DNA from: Candidatus Saccharimonadota bacterium
GTDB lineage: Bacteria > Patescibacteriota > Saccharimonadia > Saccharimonadales > VXPC01
Direction of reading: 5' to 3'
Assembly: GCA_026707815.1 (NCBI GenBank)
Contig: JAPOWB010000009.1
Span: forward strand, 6,752-70,751
DNA: 64,000 bases
Under the pieces are notes generated by a model. It did not search any database. It was not told where the DNA came from and was given only the letters and a program-made list of their open reading frames with translations. Both the position numbers and the translations under genes were made by a program. Shown piece by piece: positions 31,466 through 41,153 of this stretch (position 1 is the stretch's first letter; each line of letters starts with the position of its first letter).

Positions 31466-32503
31466 ATGCCTAAAGAAGTCGTTTTAACTGGTCTGAGAAC
31501 TAATGGAGCTTATCATTTAGGTAATTACATTGGTGGCATTTTGCCTATTTTAAAATTGATTCAAGACAACCAAGCTAGCTCTTATCAAATTAATCTATTT
31601 GCTCCAGATTTGCATAGTTTTACGACTCCCACTAATCTTGATAAATTGAATCAACAAACCTTGGAAAATTTAAAGCTTTTTGTCGCTTGTGGCGTACCTT
31701 TAGATGATAATAATGTTAATTTGTATCGTCAAAGCTACATTTCAGCTCATTCAGAGCTAACTTGGATTTTAAGTAATTTTACCAGTTGGGGAGAAATGAG
31801 TCGGATGACTGAATTCAAGGATAAAATAAACCAATTTAAATCTGGAAATCAGATTACAGTTGGCTTATTCAGTTATCCAATCCTCATGGCAGCTGATATT
31901 TTGCTTTATGATGCAACTTGGATACCAGTTGGAGAAGATCAAAGGCAACATTTAGAATTTTGTCGCAATCTAGCTCAAAGATTTAATCAACGGTTTAAGA
32001 AGGATATTTTCAAAATTCCTGCTGATTTTAATAAACAACAAGACTGGCTGAAAAGATTTGAAGCCCCTCGTATCAGAAGTCTTAAGCATCCAGATAAAAA
32101 AATGAGTAAAAGCATAGCAGATCCCAAGGGAACGATTATGCTTTCTGATACTTCTGAAGAAATAGCTCAAAAAATAACCTCAGCTCAAACGGATAATTTA
32201 GCTTCCATTGATTATGATTGGCAAAATCAACCTGGAATCACTAATTTGCTAAGTATTTTGGCTTATTTGAATTCGAAATCTTTGTCCGATATTAAACAAA
32301 ACTGGCGAGGTCAGTCAGATTATAGCAATTTAAAGCAGGCAGTTATTCAAAGTGTGCAGGCGACTTTAAATGAGATTCAAAACAGTTTAAAATCAGTTAG
32401 TGATACTGTAGTTTTGAATCACTTAAAAAATAGGGAAGTGAAGCTGAATAAAATTGCTAATCAAAAATTGCAACAAATTCAAAAAATAATTGGACTGAGA
32501 TAA
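31466..32503 (+). CDS. trpS: tryptophan--tRNA ligase
   Basis: Class I synthetase signatures: HIGH-like GAYHLGNY, KMSKS and GEDQRQHLEF. Confidence 0.88.
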   Translation: MPKEVVLTGLRTNGAYHLGNYIGGILPILKLIQDNQASSYQINLFAPDLHSFTTPTNLDKLNQQTLENLKLFVACGVPLDDNNVNLYRQSYISAHSELTWILSNFTSWGEMSRMTEFKDKINQFKSGNQITVGLFSYPILMAADILLYDATWIPVGEDQRQHLEFCRNLAQRFNQRFKKDIFKIPADFNKQQDWLKRFEAPRIRSLKHPDKKMSKSIADPKGTIMLSDTSEEIAQKITSAQTDNLASIDYDWQNQPGITNLLSILAYLNSKSLSDIKQNWRGQSDYSNLKQAVIQSVQATLNEIQNSLKSVSDTVVLNHLKNREVKLNKIANQKLQQIQKIIGLR

Positions 32504-32504
32504 A

Positions 32505-33401
32505 ATGCTAATCTATGAGGTAAAAATAGAAAATTTATCTCAAAGAGCAGATATTTTCATTCATAAGCAAACTCCCCACATTAATCGCAGCTTAGTTAAG
32601 CAATTAGCTTATCAAGGCAAATTACATTTTAAAAAGAAACAGATTCAAGCTGGATATAGATTTAAAACGACTGGACAGTTGATTTTAGATTATGAATTAA
32701 AGGAAACTACTGCAATTCCATCCCTAAAATTAAATATTTTGTATGAAGACCCACATTTATTGGTAATAAATAAGCCGTCTGGCGTAATAGTCTATAGTCG
32801 AAATCGTTACTCGAATGAGCCTTCAATAGCTAGTTCTTTGAGAACTCATTGGCAATGGCCAGCCTTGACGATCGATAGTCTGCAGTCAGAGTATCGGGCT
32901 GGGATTGCTCATAGACTTGATAGAGCAACTAGTGGTCTTTTAATTTGTGGCAGAACAAAAGATATTGTTAATAGTTTACAACAACAATTTACTCAAAGAC
33001 TAATAGAAAAAACCTACATATGTTTAGTTAAATCAAATACAAAATTGCCCAAGCAAGGATTGATAGATAAACCAATTGACAGACAAAAATCTAATAGAAA
33101 TCGCTTCAAGGTCAGTCAGCAAGGCAAAGAAGCTCAGACAGTCTTTAAAATTAAAGAAAAATCCCCTCATTGTCTTCTGCTGGAGATTCAAACTAAAACT
33201 GGGCGAACTCATCAAATCAGAGTTCATTTAGCTTCCATAAATAGTCCAATTATTGGTGATCAATTATATGGCGGTCAAAAAGCTAAACGCTTGATGCTTC
33301 ATGCTTCTAAAATTAGCTTCAAACATCCAATTACTGGTAAAATACTTTGTATCAAAGCTCAATGCCCTCAAGAATTTAAAGATTATCAAAATGCCCAATA
33401 A
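32505..33401 (+). CDS. RluA-family pseudouridine synthase with S4-like N-terminus
   Basis: Catalytic HRLDRATSGLLICG motif and TGRTHQIRVHL. Confidence 0.85.
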   Translation: MLIYEVKIENLSQRADIFIHKQTPHINRSLVKQLAYQGKLHFKKKQIQAGYRFKTTGQLILDYELKETTAIPSLKLNILYEDPHLLVINKPSGVIVYSRNRYSNEPSIASSLRTHWQWPALTIDSLQSEYRAGIAHRLDRATSGLLICGRTKDIVNSLQQQFTQRLIEKTYICLVKSNTKLPKQGLIDKPIDRQKSNRNRFKVSQQGKEAQTVFKIKEKSPHCLLLEIQTKTGRTHQIRVHLASINSPIIGDQLYGGQKAKRLMLHASKISFKHPITGKILCIKAQCPQEFKDYQNAQ

Positions 33402-34266
33402 CAGCAATAGTTATCCATTTCATCCTAGAACTTTAGAATTTTTAAAAGCCTACGCCTCTAATTTGAGGGGTTCTGTGTTTATTCAGGGATTTACGGATAG
33501 TAATTTAAGCTCTACTGTCGATTATTTAATTAATGAAATTTACCCGCTCGAAAAAGACCAACATCCCAATATCTATCATTTACCAGAGTCCAGTATTCAA
33601 GCCTTAAGAAATATGATGCAACACCTTATTAAAGCTGCATTTGTCTCTAGTCAGCCCCGATTGATTATTATTGATAACTGTCATCAATTAAATTTGGTCG
33701 CTCAAAATGCCTTGTTGAAAAATCTGGAAGAGCCTATTTCTGGGACTCACTTTATCTTAACTTCTGATCAACCTCATCAAGTTTTAGCAACTATTAAATC
33801 TCGTTGTCAGGTTATTACAATGCGCAAACCACTTAAACGAGATATTTGGTTAAATTGGTCTGATCAAGACAATCGAATTCTGAATCAAGCTTATTGGGCA
33901 ACTGATGGTTGGCCGATATTATTAGAATCATATTTACAAGAGCCTAATAGTTTAATTCATCAAGAAATTGCTTTGGGTAAAAAATTTTTACAATTAAAAC
34001 TGGCTGATAAACTGCATTATATTTTTGCATCAACAACAAAATCAGCTAAAGACGAAGATTTTGTAAAATTTCTCAAATCATTAATACAAGGTCTATATCG
34101 AATTTCAAGAGCCAGTCTATTGAGTATGATTCAACAACAAAATATGGAAAAAATCTTAATCTGGCAGAATAATTTTTTAATCGTAAATACTCTAAAAACT
34201 GATTTAGAAAATCAACTTAATCCTAAAATAATTGCCCTGAATTTAAGTTTAAAATTATCAACATGA
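33391..34266 (+). CDS. holB: DNA polymerase III delta' subunit-like clamp-loader protein
   Basis: Internal ATG at 33391. AAA+ clamp-loader sensor block IIIDNCHQLNLVAQNALLKNLEEP and IKSRCQ. Confidence 0.7.
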   Translation: MPNNSNSYPFHPRTLEFLKAYASNLRGSVFIQGFTDSNLSSTVDYLINEIYPLEKDQHPNIYHLPESSIQALRNMMQHLIKAAFVSSQPRLIIIDNCHQLNLVAQNALLKNLEEPISGTHFILTSDQPHQVLATIKSRCQVITMRKPLKRDIWLNWSDQDNRILNQAYWATDGWPILLESYLQEPNSLIHQEIALGKKFLQLKLADKLHYIFASTTKSAKDEDFVKFLKSLIQGLYRISRASLLSMIQQQNMEKILIWQNNFLIVNTLKTDLENQLNPKIIALNLSLKLST

Positions 34267-34282
34267 TAAAATGAATTGAGAA

Positions 34283-34945
34283 ATGTCTGAATTAGTTTTG
34301 TTGGTCAGCTTGATAATTTTGGGTATTATTGCCATTATTTATAATCAAAATCCTGCCAAGAAACCAGTTCTTGCTCTGAGTACAGTTAATCGCATTAATA
34401 GATTATGGGAAATATCTCAAAAGAGCTTGCAACAGAATAATTTCATCCAAGCTGAAAAAAGTCTTTTAACTATCTTAATTTTTGATCCCCAAAATGTAGC
34501 CACTTATAATCGTTTGGGTATTTTATATGCCAAACAAAAAGCTTATAAAGATGCCATAGAATGCTTTTCAGCTGCTGTTAATATTGAGCAAAATGTCAGT
34601 TTAATGCATAACTTAGGTCTAGTCTATTTCAATTTAAAACAATACGAGCAAGCTCGCACAGCTTTAAAGCAAGCTTTGAAATTAGACGATCAATCAGCGG
34701 TTCGCTATGTTGATTATGCTAAAGTTTTGGATAAATTGGGTCGCAATAAAGAGATGTTTGCTATCTTGGAAAAAGCCACTCAATTAGAACCTAAACCTGA
34801 AATTTTAAAAATTCTGCTTAAGATTTATGAAGAAAAAGAAATGGATCAGAAGGCCGATGATATTAGATTGAGATTAAACAATCAAATTAAGCCTGAATAT
34901 CAACAGGAAAATCTCCAAAGACCAGATAATGCAGTATTGTACTGA
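34283..34945 (+). CDS. membrane-anchored TPR-repeat protein
   Basis: N-terminal TM helix followed by TPR-like repeats (YNRLGILYAKQKAYKDAIECF..., HNLGLVYFNLKQYEQA...). Confidence 0.75.
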   Translation: MSELVLLVSLIILGIIAIIYNQNPAKKPVLALSTVNRINRLWEISQKSLQQNNFIQAEKSLLTILIFDPQNVATYNRLGILYAKQKAYKDAIECFSAAVNIEQNVSLMHNLGLVYFNLKQYEQARTALKQALKLDDQSAVRYVDYAKVLDKLGRNKEMFAILEKATQLEPKPEILKILLKIYEEKEMDQKADDIRLRLNNQIKPEYQQENLQRPDNAVLY

Positions 34946-34960
34946 ATATTTCAGTATGTA

Positions 34961-34991
34961 TCTGCTATGATAAGCAGAAGGTATTTTTTTT
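34961..34991 (+). terminator. candidate Rho-independent terminator
   Basis: TCTGCT / AGCAGA 6-bp stem with a 6-nt loop, then a T8 run at 34984-34991 just before tRNA-Tyr. Confidence 0.4.
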
Positions 34992-34993
34992 AA

Positions 34994-35079
34994 GCAGAGA
35001 TACTCAAGCGGTCAACGAGGGCAGACTGTAAATCTGCTGGCGCAAGCCTTCGGGGGTTCGAATCCCTCTCTCTGCACCA
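34994..35079 (+). tRNA. tRNA-Tyr (anticodon GTA), long variable arm, CCA encoded
   Basis: Hand-folded cloverleaf. Acceptor GCAGAGA/TCTCTGC, anticodon stem GCAGA/TCTGC with loop CTGTAAA, T-loop TTCGAAT. Confidence 0.93.
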
Positions 35080-35139
35080 AACAGGACGAAGGAGTTCAAG
35101 GGTAGCTTGTTCACCTCTATTATTAGGTTGTTTTTCAGG

Positions 35140-35187
35140 AGTTCCGGAATGATTTTTAGAATTATTAGTTCCGGAACTTTTCTTTTT
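35140..35187 (+). terminator. candidate terminator after tRNA-Tyr
   Basis: AGTTCCGGAA at 35140-35149 pairs with TTCCGGAACT at 35169-35178, followed by TTTTCTTTTT. Confidence 0.4.
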
Positions 35188-35406
35188 AGATACTCGGTTA
35201 TTACTGGCAATTAGACTAGTAAGTTTAGTCCAATGTAGATAAATTTTCGGAATTAACCAGTAATTGACTTAATGCTTGACAATCAATTTGATAGCTGATA
35301 ACTTCAAGCACCGTATTTAACTGATGCAGTCCAGTGTTTTGTGACTCCATTAATGAAGCTTTCGTAAATTAGAGGTTTCTTAAAAAGTAGCTCTCTAAAA
35401 CCATAT

Positions 35407-35436
35407 TTGTAATTTATCTCTTCAATATGATATAAT
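35407..35436 (+). promoter_or_regulatory. candidate extended -10 promoter for the 35478 gene
   Basis: TTGTAA at 35407-35412, an 18-nt spacer, then TGaTATAAT with TATAAT at 35431-35436. Confidence 0.4.
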
Positions 35437-35477
35437 GCTCTCACAAATAATAATTAATATTCCATGTGGGGTATTAA

Positions 35478-37196
35478 ATGAAAAACAAACAATTAGATGA
35501 TAATCGCAAGAAAAAAATAATCTTGTTGGTTGTACCTTTAATTATTCTAGTACTACTACTTGGAATAATTCTTATAGTTGTTAATAATTCTGATGATACG
35601 ACAGATACAGTTGACTCCAGTGATAGCAATAATGAACAAACTGCAGATAACGAATCTGCTTCTGTTTCAGAAGATAGTAACGATCAAACACCAGTTGATG
35701 ATACTGCTAATGCCTCTAATGAAAATACAGAGGTAAGCACTTCAGCTCCTTTTCAGCAACAATCCGCTCCGTCGACCAATAATGAGCCTAGTCAAAATTC
35801 TAACAACCAACAACCAGTTAGCAATGATCCTTCTAATGAAAATACAGAGGTAAGCACTTCAACTTCATCAACCAATAATAATGAGCCTAGTCAAAATTCC
35901 AACAATCAACAATCAACAACCAACACTAATACCTCACATAATTCCAATACTCGGAATGAAGATCCACCAGACGATTCATCTAATAATGATAATCCTAATC
36001 CTGCTCCCCCTACAACAAATATTAGTGTACGAATTAATCAAGTCAAACAAAATTTAAATCTAGTTATTACTGCTGTTGGTCAAGTTAACGGATCCAATGA
36101 TTCAAGTCAATTCACTTGGAGGCGGACTGTCATAGACTCTGATGAATCTTGTGACATTCAAGCTTTTAGTGATACAACCAAAGTCTCCAATGGACGAACT
36201 AAGATAATTACTCAAGCTCAAAAAGATGATTATGTTAATAAGAAGATTTGTTTCCATGCTGTTTTAACCAGTAATTCTAATTTACAAGCTTATGCTGGTG
36301 CTAATATTATTCCTCTGCCAGAACCAGTAGTCGATGATAGCCCCGATCAAGAAGAACCTACCACCCCAGAACCAATTATCTTGCAACACTTTAATCAGCG
36401 ACAAACTCTTTTTCAGCAACATCTACTAATTAGAGTAAATAAAGGTAATCTTAGAGATAAAAGAATTCTAACTTATTCATATGTTGTTCAACCTAGCACT
36501 GATAGTTGTGAGTCAACTTCCTTCAATGGCAGTAAACCAATTCAAAGTGGGGGCCAGCAAGCAATCTTTAAAAAACGAAGTCTACGGAATACGAAACCGA
36601 ATAGTCAAGGTAACACAGTTGAAATAGTTGAACATTATAAGACTGAATATGGCAATAACGATAAAGAAGTTTGTTTCCGAGCTACGGATGGCATAACCAC
36701 AGGTTATATAGCTGTAAATATAAATACAGACTTATTTAAACCAAGACTTGAAATATTTACTAAATTTAATGGTGAACAACAAACTATGACTATAAGAGCT
36801 AGACACTTTAATTTGGATAATTATCAAGCATCATTTAAGTATGCAAACGTTAGTATCGCAAACAAGAAGATAAAAGATAGATTTGGTAATGATACATATC
36901 ATGATCATGCATTTACTGAAGTTCATGAACGTGGTACATATACTGAAACTCTAACTAATTGTCCAAGCAACAATTTAGATACAACCACTAATAATGGTAT
37001 AGTCATCTTTAAGATAGCAGATTTAAAAAATCATCTCAATTGTTCAGTTCAATTTACTTTAACTGGAGTGGTAGGGCTTCATGATTTACCAACCTTTAAT
37101 ATTTCTGATATACCGGCTAATCTACGACCTGTTACTAAAACAATCAGTGGTTTGTGTACTGCCAATTATTGTAAGGCAAATATTGTTGCTCGATAA
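35478..37196 (+). CDS. N-terminally anchored surface protein A: S/N/T/Q-rich linker followed by repeated Cys-pair modules
   Basis: 572 aa. TM helix at aa ~13-35, a ~150-aa low-complexity linker, then modules W-x-R...C...ICFHAV and Y-x-V...C...VCFRATD. Confidence 0.8.
   Translation: MKNKQLDDNRKKKIILLVVPLIILVLLLGIILIVVNNSDDTTDTVDSSDSNNEQTADNESASVSEDSNDQTPVDDTANASNENTEVSTSAPFQQQSAPSTNNEPSQNSNNQQPVSNDPSNENTEVSTSTSSTNNNEPSQNSNNQQSTTNTNTSHNSNTRNEDPPDDSSNNDNPNPAPPTTNISVRINQVKQNLNLVITAVGQVNGSNDSSQFTWRRTVIDSDESCDIQAFSDTTKVSNGRTKIITQAQKDDYVNKKICFHAVLTSNSNLQAYAGANIIPLPEPVVDDSPDQEEPTTPEPIILQHFNQRQTLFQQHLLIRVNKGNLRDKRILTYSYVVQPSTDSCESTSFNGSKPIQSGGQQAIFKKRSLRNTKPNSQGNTVEIVEHYKTEYGNNDKEVCFRATDGITTGYIAVNINTDLFKPRLEIFTKFNGEQQTMTIRARHFNLDNYQASFKYANVSIANKKIKDRFGNDTYHDHAFTEVHERGTYTETLTNCPSNNLDTTTNNGIVIFKIADLKNHLNCSVQFTLTGVVGLHDLPTFNISDIPANLRPVTKTISGLCTANYCKANIVAR
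35715..35915 (+). repeat. imperfect tandem duplication (~117-nt period) inside the linker of gene A
   Basis: tctaatgaaaatacagaggtaagcacttca occurs at 35715 and again at 35832. Both copies are followed by aataatgagcctagtcaaaattc. Confidence 0.7.
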
Positions 37197-37509
37197 TACA
37201 TATTAACCAAAGAGTCAATCTGCTAATCACTATAAAAGATTTTTCATAAAATGCTAATATCACAATCCCGCTCAATCCTAGCTTATATTTTAATTAGCTA
37301 TTGCCTTCTTAATTGTGATACACCCTGCTATATTGGTAAAGGCATTAGAGTTCATCTACACAGAAATAGAAGATTTTTAATTAACTTGAGTTTTGCAACA
37401 GGAATCTAGTCTGTCTATCATCTTTAATTAGCCCAATATTATTATTGCCAAATAAATCTTTTAAATTAAGGATGCTCTGTCACTATAAATTAGATCAGAA
37501 TCAATCCAT

Positions 37510-37830
37510 ATGAAAACAACATTTGTCTTACAATATTTGGCAGAGTGCATAAATCATTAACATATTGACATGCATTAGAAATACTCTGATGCCCTTTGGG
37601 AAAGTCAGACAGATTAAGGAATAATATTAGCTCCAGCATAGACTTGTAAATTAGAATCATTGGTGACTACTGCATGGAAACAAATCTTCCTGTTAGTATA
37701 AACATCCTTTTGAGCTTGAGTAACTATCTTAGTTCGTCCATTGGAGACTTTGGTTGTATCACTAAAAGCTTGAATGTCACAAGATTCATTAGAGTCTATA
37801 AAGTATGACGCTAGGTGAATTGATATACTG
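37510..37830 (-). pseudogene. start-less, internally deleted paralog fragment of surface-protein gene A
   Basis: The reverse complement of 37617-37799 aligns codon-for-codon with 36132-36314, with 17 mismatches in 183 nt by hand alignment. It then reaches an in-frame TAA. 37515-37549 matches the last codons of gene A (37155-37190) with indels. No start codon is present. Confidence 0.65.
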
Positions 37831-37913
37831 CAAAAGAGGGCAGCAGTAAATCCGAATTTTAATGCTTACTCTCAGAGAATAGAGAGAGATTGTTTAGTCT
37901 AAGATTAGAGATT

Positions 37914-39134
37914 TTATTGAGTGACAGTCAGAGTTTTTGTTAGTTCGGGATAAGTGTAGGTCACACTATCACCCTGGTTCACCATATCCTCAATCATAAA
38001 AGTGAAAGTGATTCTGCAAACTTCATATAGCTCATTTTTAACGAATAAAACAGAATAATCATTTTGAGCATAGTCAGTTGGGCAATTATCAGTTAATTCT
38101 TTAGTAATACCGAAATGTTGACCCTTTTCATTGTAGGGAAAATCAATCTTTTGATCAGAAGAAGTGGTTGAACTGCCACGCACATAATGATGAGAAGCAA
38201 CAACCCCTCTCATTAGGCGTGTGTTATTACCAATAAGGAGGGTAGAAGATTTAATTGGAGTTCGGATTTGAGCAGGAAAGACATTTGAAGGAATGCGAAT
38301 ATTTTTAAAAACAATAACAGCTTTATCACTATTTAGATCAGACTCAGTATTAAAGAGAGTCGCCTTAAAACAGACATAATAACCCCGATAATCAAAATCA
38401 TTTCCAACAATGTCATCATATGTTAAAGTCAATTTACTTTTGGCACTCAAACTGCCCGAAGGTACTCTGACTCTATCAGGTACATAAGACGTCATTGAAC
38501 TAAAGTACTGGGCATTACACTGACTGTTATTGGTAATGATATAACCCCAAGTACTATTTTTATAGACTTCATCACCTGTTGATGAAATGCTGGAATCAAA
38601 AAATAATTCATCAGAAGTTTGTCTCAATGAAACGGTTATACTATGTCGACTTCTAGGGGATTCAGGGGATTCATCTGCAGTAGTAGATGAATCTACCGAT
38701 TCTTCAGCAGAATCATCATTGCTGGTCGTTAGTTGTTCTGAATCTCCTATTGAGGAAGAATCAGTCTGGTGGGCTAAAGATTGATCATTCTCTCTCTCTT
38801 GGGAAGAGGGATTAGTTGCATTGACAGCTTGAATCGGAGTTGAAGTAGTTGGAGAATTAGTGCTGCTACTAGTATTTACTGCTTCAGATTGGCTGTCAGT
38901 AGGTGTTTCTGAAGAACTATTGGAAGAATCATTTTGGGATTCAGTCTGACTAGCTTCAGAAGAAATCGCTGAATTATCTTGGGTAATTAAATTATTAGAA
39001 TCATCCAAATCGCTACTGCCTGACGTAATAGCTACTGAAAATAGACCTATAGCTAAAATCAATAGACCGATTGTTAATAACAATATCCGTTTATCTTTAG
39101 TTATATTTTGTAAAAATTTATTTTCTGAAATCAT
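37914..39134 (-). CDS. N-terminally anchored surface protein B (same architecture as A)
   Basis: 406 aa. TM helix, a Ser/Asp/Glu/Thr-rich linker, then module W-x-Y...C...YYVCFKATL. Confidence 0.8.
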   Translation of the reverse strand: MISENKFLQNITKDKRILLLTIGLLILAIGLFSVAITSGSSDLDDSNNLITQDNSAISSEASQTESQNDSSNSSSETPTDSQSEAVNTSSSTNSPTTSTPIQAVNATNPSSQERENDQSLAHQTDSSSIGDSEQLTTSNDDSAEESVDSSTTADESPESPRSRHSITVSLRQTSDELFFDSSISSTGDEVYKNSTWGYIITNNSQCNAQYFSSMTSYVPDRVRVPSGSLSAKSKLTLTYDDIVGNDFDYRGYYVCFKATLFNTESDLNSDKAVIVFKNIRIPSNVFPAQIRTPIKSSTLLIGNNTRLMRGVVASHHYVRGSSTTSSDQKIDFPYNEKGQHFGITKELTDNCPTDYAQNDYSVLFVKNELYEVCRITFTFMIEDMVNQGDSVTYTYPELTKTLTVTQ

Positions 39135-39159
39135 AGTCTTAATTATACTATAAAAGAGA

Positions 39160-39194
<35 letters not shown>

Positions 39195-39356
39195 TCTCTT
39201 TACTTCTTGATTGTTTTAAATTAAAAGATAATATAACTTAGAGTCATTAATTTTTCGGGAACGGAGAATTGGACGATTATATCAACCTAGAGATTCATTA
39301 AATAGTAGAATCTTTGGAATTTTATTCCTTATTCCTCTGTTTAACATTCTAGATTA

Positions 39357-39433
39357 GCCGGCATAGCTCAGTTGGTTAGAGCAACTGTTTTGTAAACAGT
39401 AGGTCGTGGGTTCGAATCCCTCTGCCGGCTCCA
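39357..39433 (+). tRNA. tRNA-Thr (anticodon TGT), CCA encoded
   Basis: Acceptor GCCGGCA/TGCCGGC, anticodon stem ACTGT/ACAGT with loop TTTGTAA, T-loop TTCGAAT. There is one U-U mismatch in the T stem. Confidence 0.88.
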
Positions 39434-39507
39434 GTGGAATCTTAGACACAGATTTCGTAATTACCGACTGAATTTAAAGATTAAATTAGAATATTAAGAT
39501 AAAAATA

Positions 39508-39582
39508 TGGAGCCGACGACGAGAATTGAACTCGTGACCCCATCCTTACCATGGATGTGCTCTACCTCTGAGCTACGTCGGC
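39508..39582 (-). tRNA. tRNA-Thr (anticodon GGT), CCA encoded
   Basis: The reverse complement folds with acceptor GCCGACG/CGTCGGC, anticodon stem CATCC/GGATG with loop ATGGTAA, and T-loop TTCAATT. Confidence 0.9.
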
Positions 39583-39707
39583 AAAAAATATTATGTGTCA
39601 ATTATAATATTGATACTTAAGGATTTAAAACAATAATTTGCTTTTATTAGCAATAAATTATATAAGTAGATTTAGTTTTTAAAATTCAAATTAACTATAT
39701 CAGCTCT

Positions 39708-39860
39708 ATGACAAGTTTTGAATCCCGAATCAATTTTTATTCAGAAATTTCACACCCCTATTCTGTTTCTAGAGAATATCATACTAAAATCAACGCCTTG
39801 CAAGACAAGCAAAGACGTAACTGGCTTAAGTCAAAACAATCTAAAAGAATTAGAAAATAA
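39708..39860 (+). CDS. possible small basic protein (50 aa)
   Basis: Hand-translated MTSFESRINFYSEISHPYSVSREYHTKINALQDKQRRNWLKSKQSKRIRK. No recognisable SD and no homology known to me. Confidence 0.2.
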   Translation: MTSFESRINFYSEISHPYSVSREYHTKINALQDKQRRNWLKSKQSKRIRK

Positions 39861-39966
39861 CTTTAATAAAATCCTTTTAAATAGGGTAGAGGAGTAACAA
39901 TTTGTATATATCAAAAATTATTATATAATAATAAAGTTATTGATTTTAAATTTATATTAAATACTC

Positions 39967-40833
39967 ATGCCTTTAAAGGAACATTTAACTAAAGAAAGCC
40001 CTGAGAAAAATCCAGACATCCCTCAGCCTTATCCCAATCTAGAAACTCTAACAAAAGATTTCAATATTGTTGCTAAACCAGCAGTATTTGCCTTTCATCA
40101 TAATCTTTACACTTTGAGGGGATTGGAGGATGGCACACAAATTGGTTTAATTTCTAGAATGAGTGGAGATATGTCCATTAAAACCCAGCATATCATCAAC
40201 CCAGATACAAGTTTGCAAATTAATAAAACATGGAAAGACGTTAGACATAGCAGACTAGTTCACCCCAATAATACTTTGCTTTTTTCAGAGGGGAGTTTGC
40301 ATCATAAATTTCTCAAGGAAATGACTATAGGTTCCAATGGAGAATTTTGTCGGCTTTCCTATGGTGCTAATCACAATTTATTAAATGAAATTACTAAAAA
40401 TTCAGATGGTCAATTGGAACATAAAGATTATCGTAAGGATGGTAGTATAGTCAAAGATTTTACCATCAATCAAGGACAATATTCTTTGCAACGTCATGGT
40501 AGTAGTCGCCACAATAATCGCCTCCAAGAAAAGATCATAATGAATAAAGACGGTTTATTCATTTTTGAAGATTATAATCCTTATAACAATAGTTTGCGAT
40601 TTAATATTAAAATAGGTCAGGGCAAGTGGGTTTTTACAGATTTTTATAAATCTCGCAAACGCCGAGAGCAGATTGTTTGTTATCTCGATAAAGATCTTAT
40701 AGTTTGGCGAGAATATTCAGCTTCTGAACAGTTGATTCGTCGAGTTCAAAGAGATAATCTGAATAAACTTATGAATTTACGGATGTGGGATCATAATAAT
40801 AAATGCATTATTGACTGGAACTGGCAAATTTAA
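39967..40833 (+). CDS. hypothetical protein, beta-hairpin-repeat-like (MORN/YwqK-like pattern)
   Basis: 288-aa ORF with recurring G-x-hydrophobic-x-[DE]-[YF] stretches. No catalytic motif recognised. Confidence 0.6.
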   Translation: MPLKEHLTKESPEKNPDIPQPYPNLETLTKDFNIVAKPAVFAFHHNLYTLRGLEDGTQIGLISRMSGDMSIKTQHIINPDTSLQINKTWKDVRHSRLVHPNNTLLFSEGSLHHKFLKEMTIGSNGEFCRLSYGANHNLLNEITKNSDGQLEHKDYRKDGSIVKDFTINQGQYSLQRHGSSRHNNRLQEKIIMNKDGLFIFEDYNPYNNSLRFNIKIGQGKWVFTDFYKSRKRREQIVCYLDKDLIVWREYSASEQLIRRVQRDNLNKLMNLRMWDHNNKCIIDWNWQI

Positions 40834-40891
40834 GTTTATTAATATATAAGATAAGTTGTTTATAGTGGTATAGTGACAAGGTTTAAAAAAA

Positions 40892-41083
40892 ATGAAATCT
40901 AAGGAACATCAATCAGCTAAATCAGAAAAAGAGGAAGAGATAATTCCGTCTAATTCTAGAGAAGAAGAAAATCGCCGTCAACTTTTACGACGTTGGCAAA
41001 CTAAAGCTAATAGAATCAGTGATAATAGATATCGCAATCAATTACTTGATCGCTATAGCTGGGAAGATTTTGATGGAGCATAA
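40892..41083 (+). CDS. hypothetical small charged protein
   Basis: 63-aa ORF. No motif recognised. Confidence 0.35.
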   Translation: MKSKEHQSAKSEKEEEIIPSNSREEENRRQLLRRWQTKANRISDNRYRNQLLDRYSWEDFDGA

Positions 41084-41153
41084 AAAGATAAATAAAGTTC
41101 AAATTTATTTAAATTTTATGCTACTCTATAAAGTGACTCTCTAAATATTGGGT

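Noticed and set aside
35004-35210. 68-aa minus-strand ORF. The 64-aa plus-strand ORF at 41774-41968 is the same kind of case.
   Set aside because: Both overlap well-folded tRNA genes (tRNA-Tyr and tRNA-Trp) and are artefacts of ORF calling.
36132-37799. Tested whether the near-identical segment pair (36132-36314 against the reverse complement of 37617-37799) is a diversity-generating retroelement template/variable repeat pair. DGRs are common in CPR genomes.
   Set aside because: The 17 differences are a mix of transitions and transversions at all four bases, not concentrated at adenines of one copy. No reverse transcriptase gene is present anywhere in the window.
39357-39433. Considered whether tRNA-Thr(UGU) is a pseudogene because of a U-U mismatch in the T stem.
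   Set aside because: All other stems, the invariant T-loop and D-loop residues and the encoded CCA are intact. A single mismatch is common in functional tRNAs.
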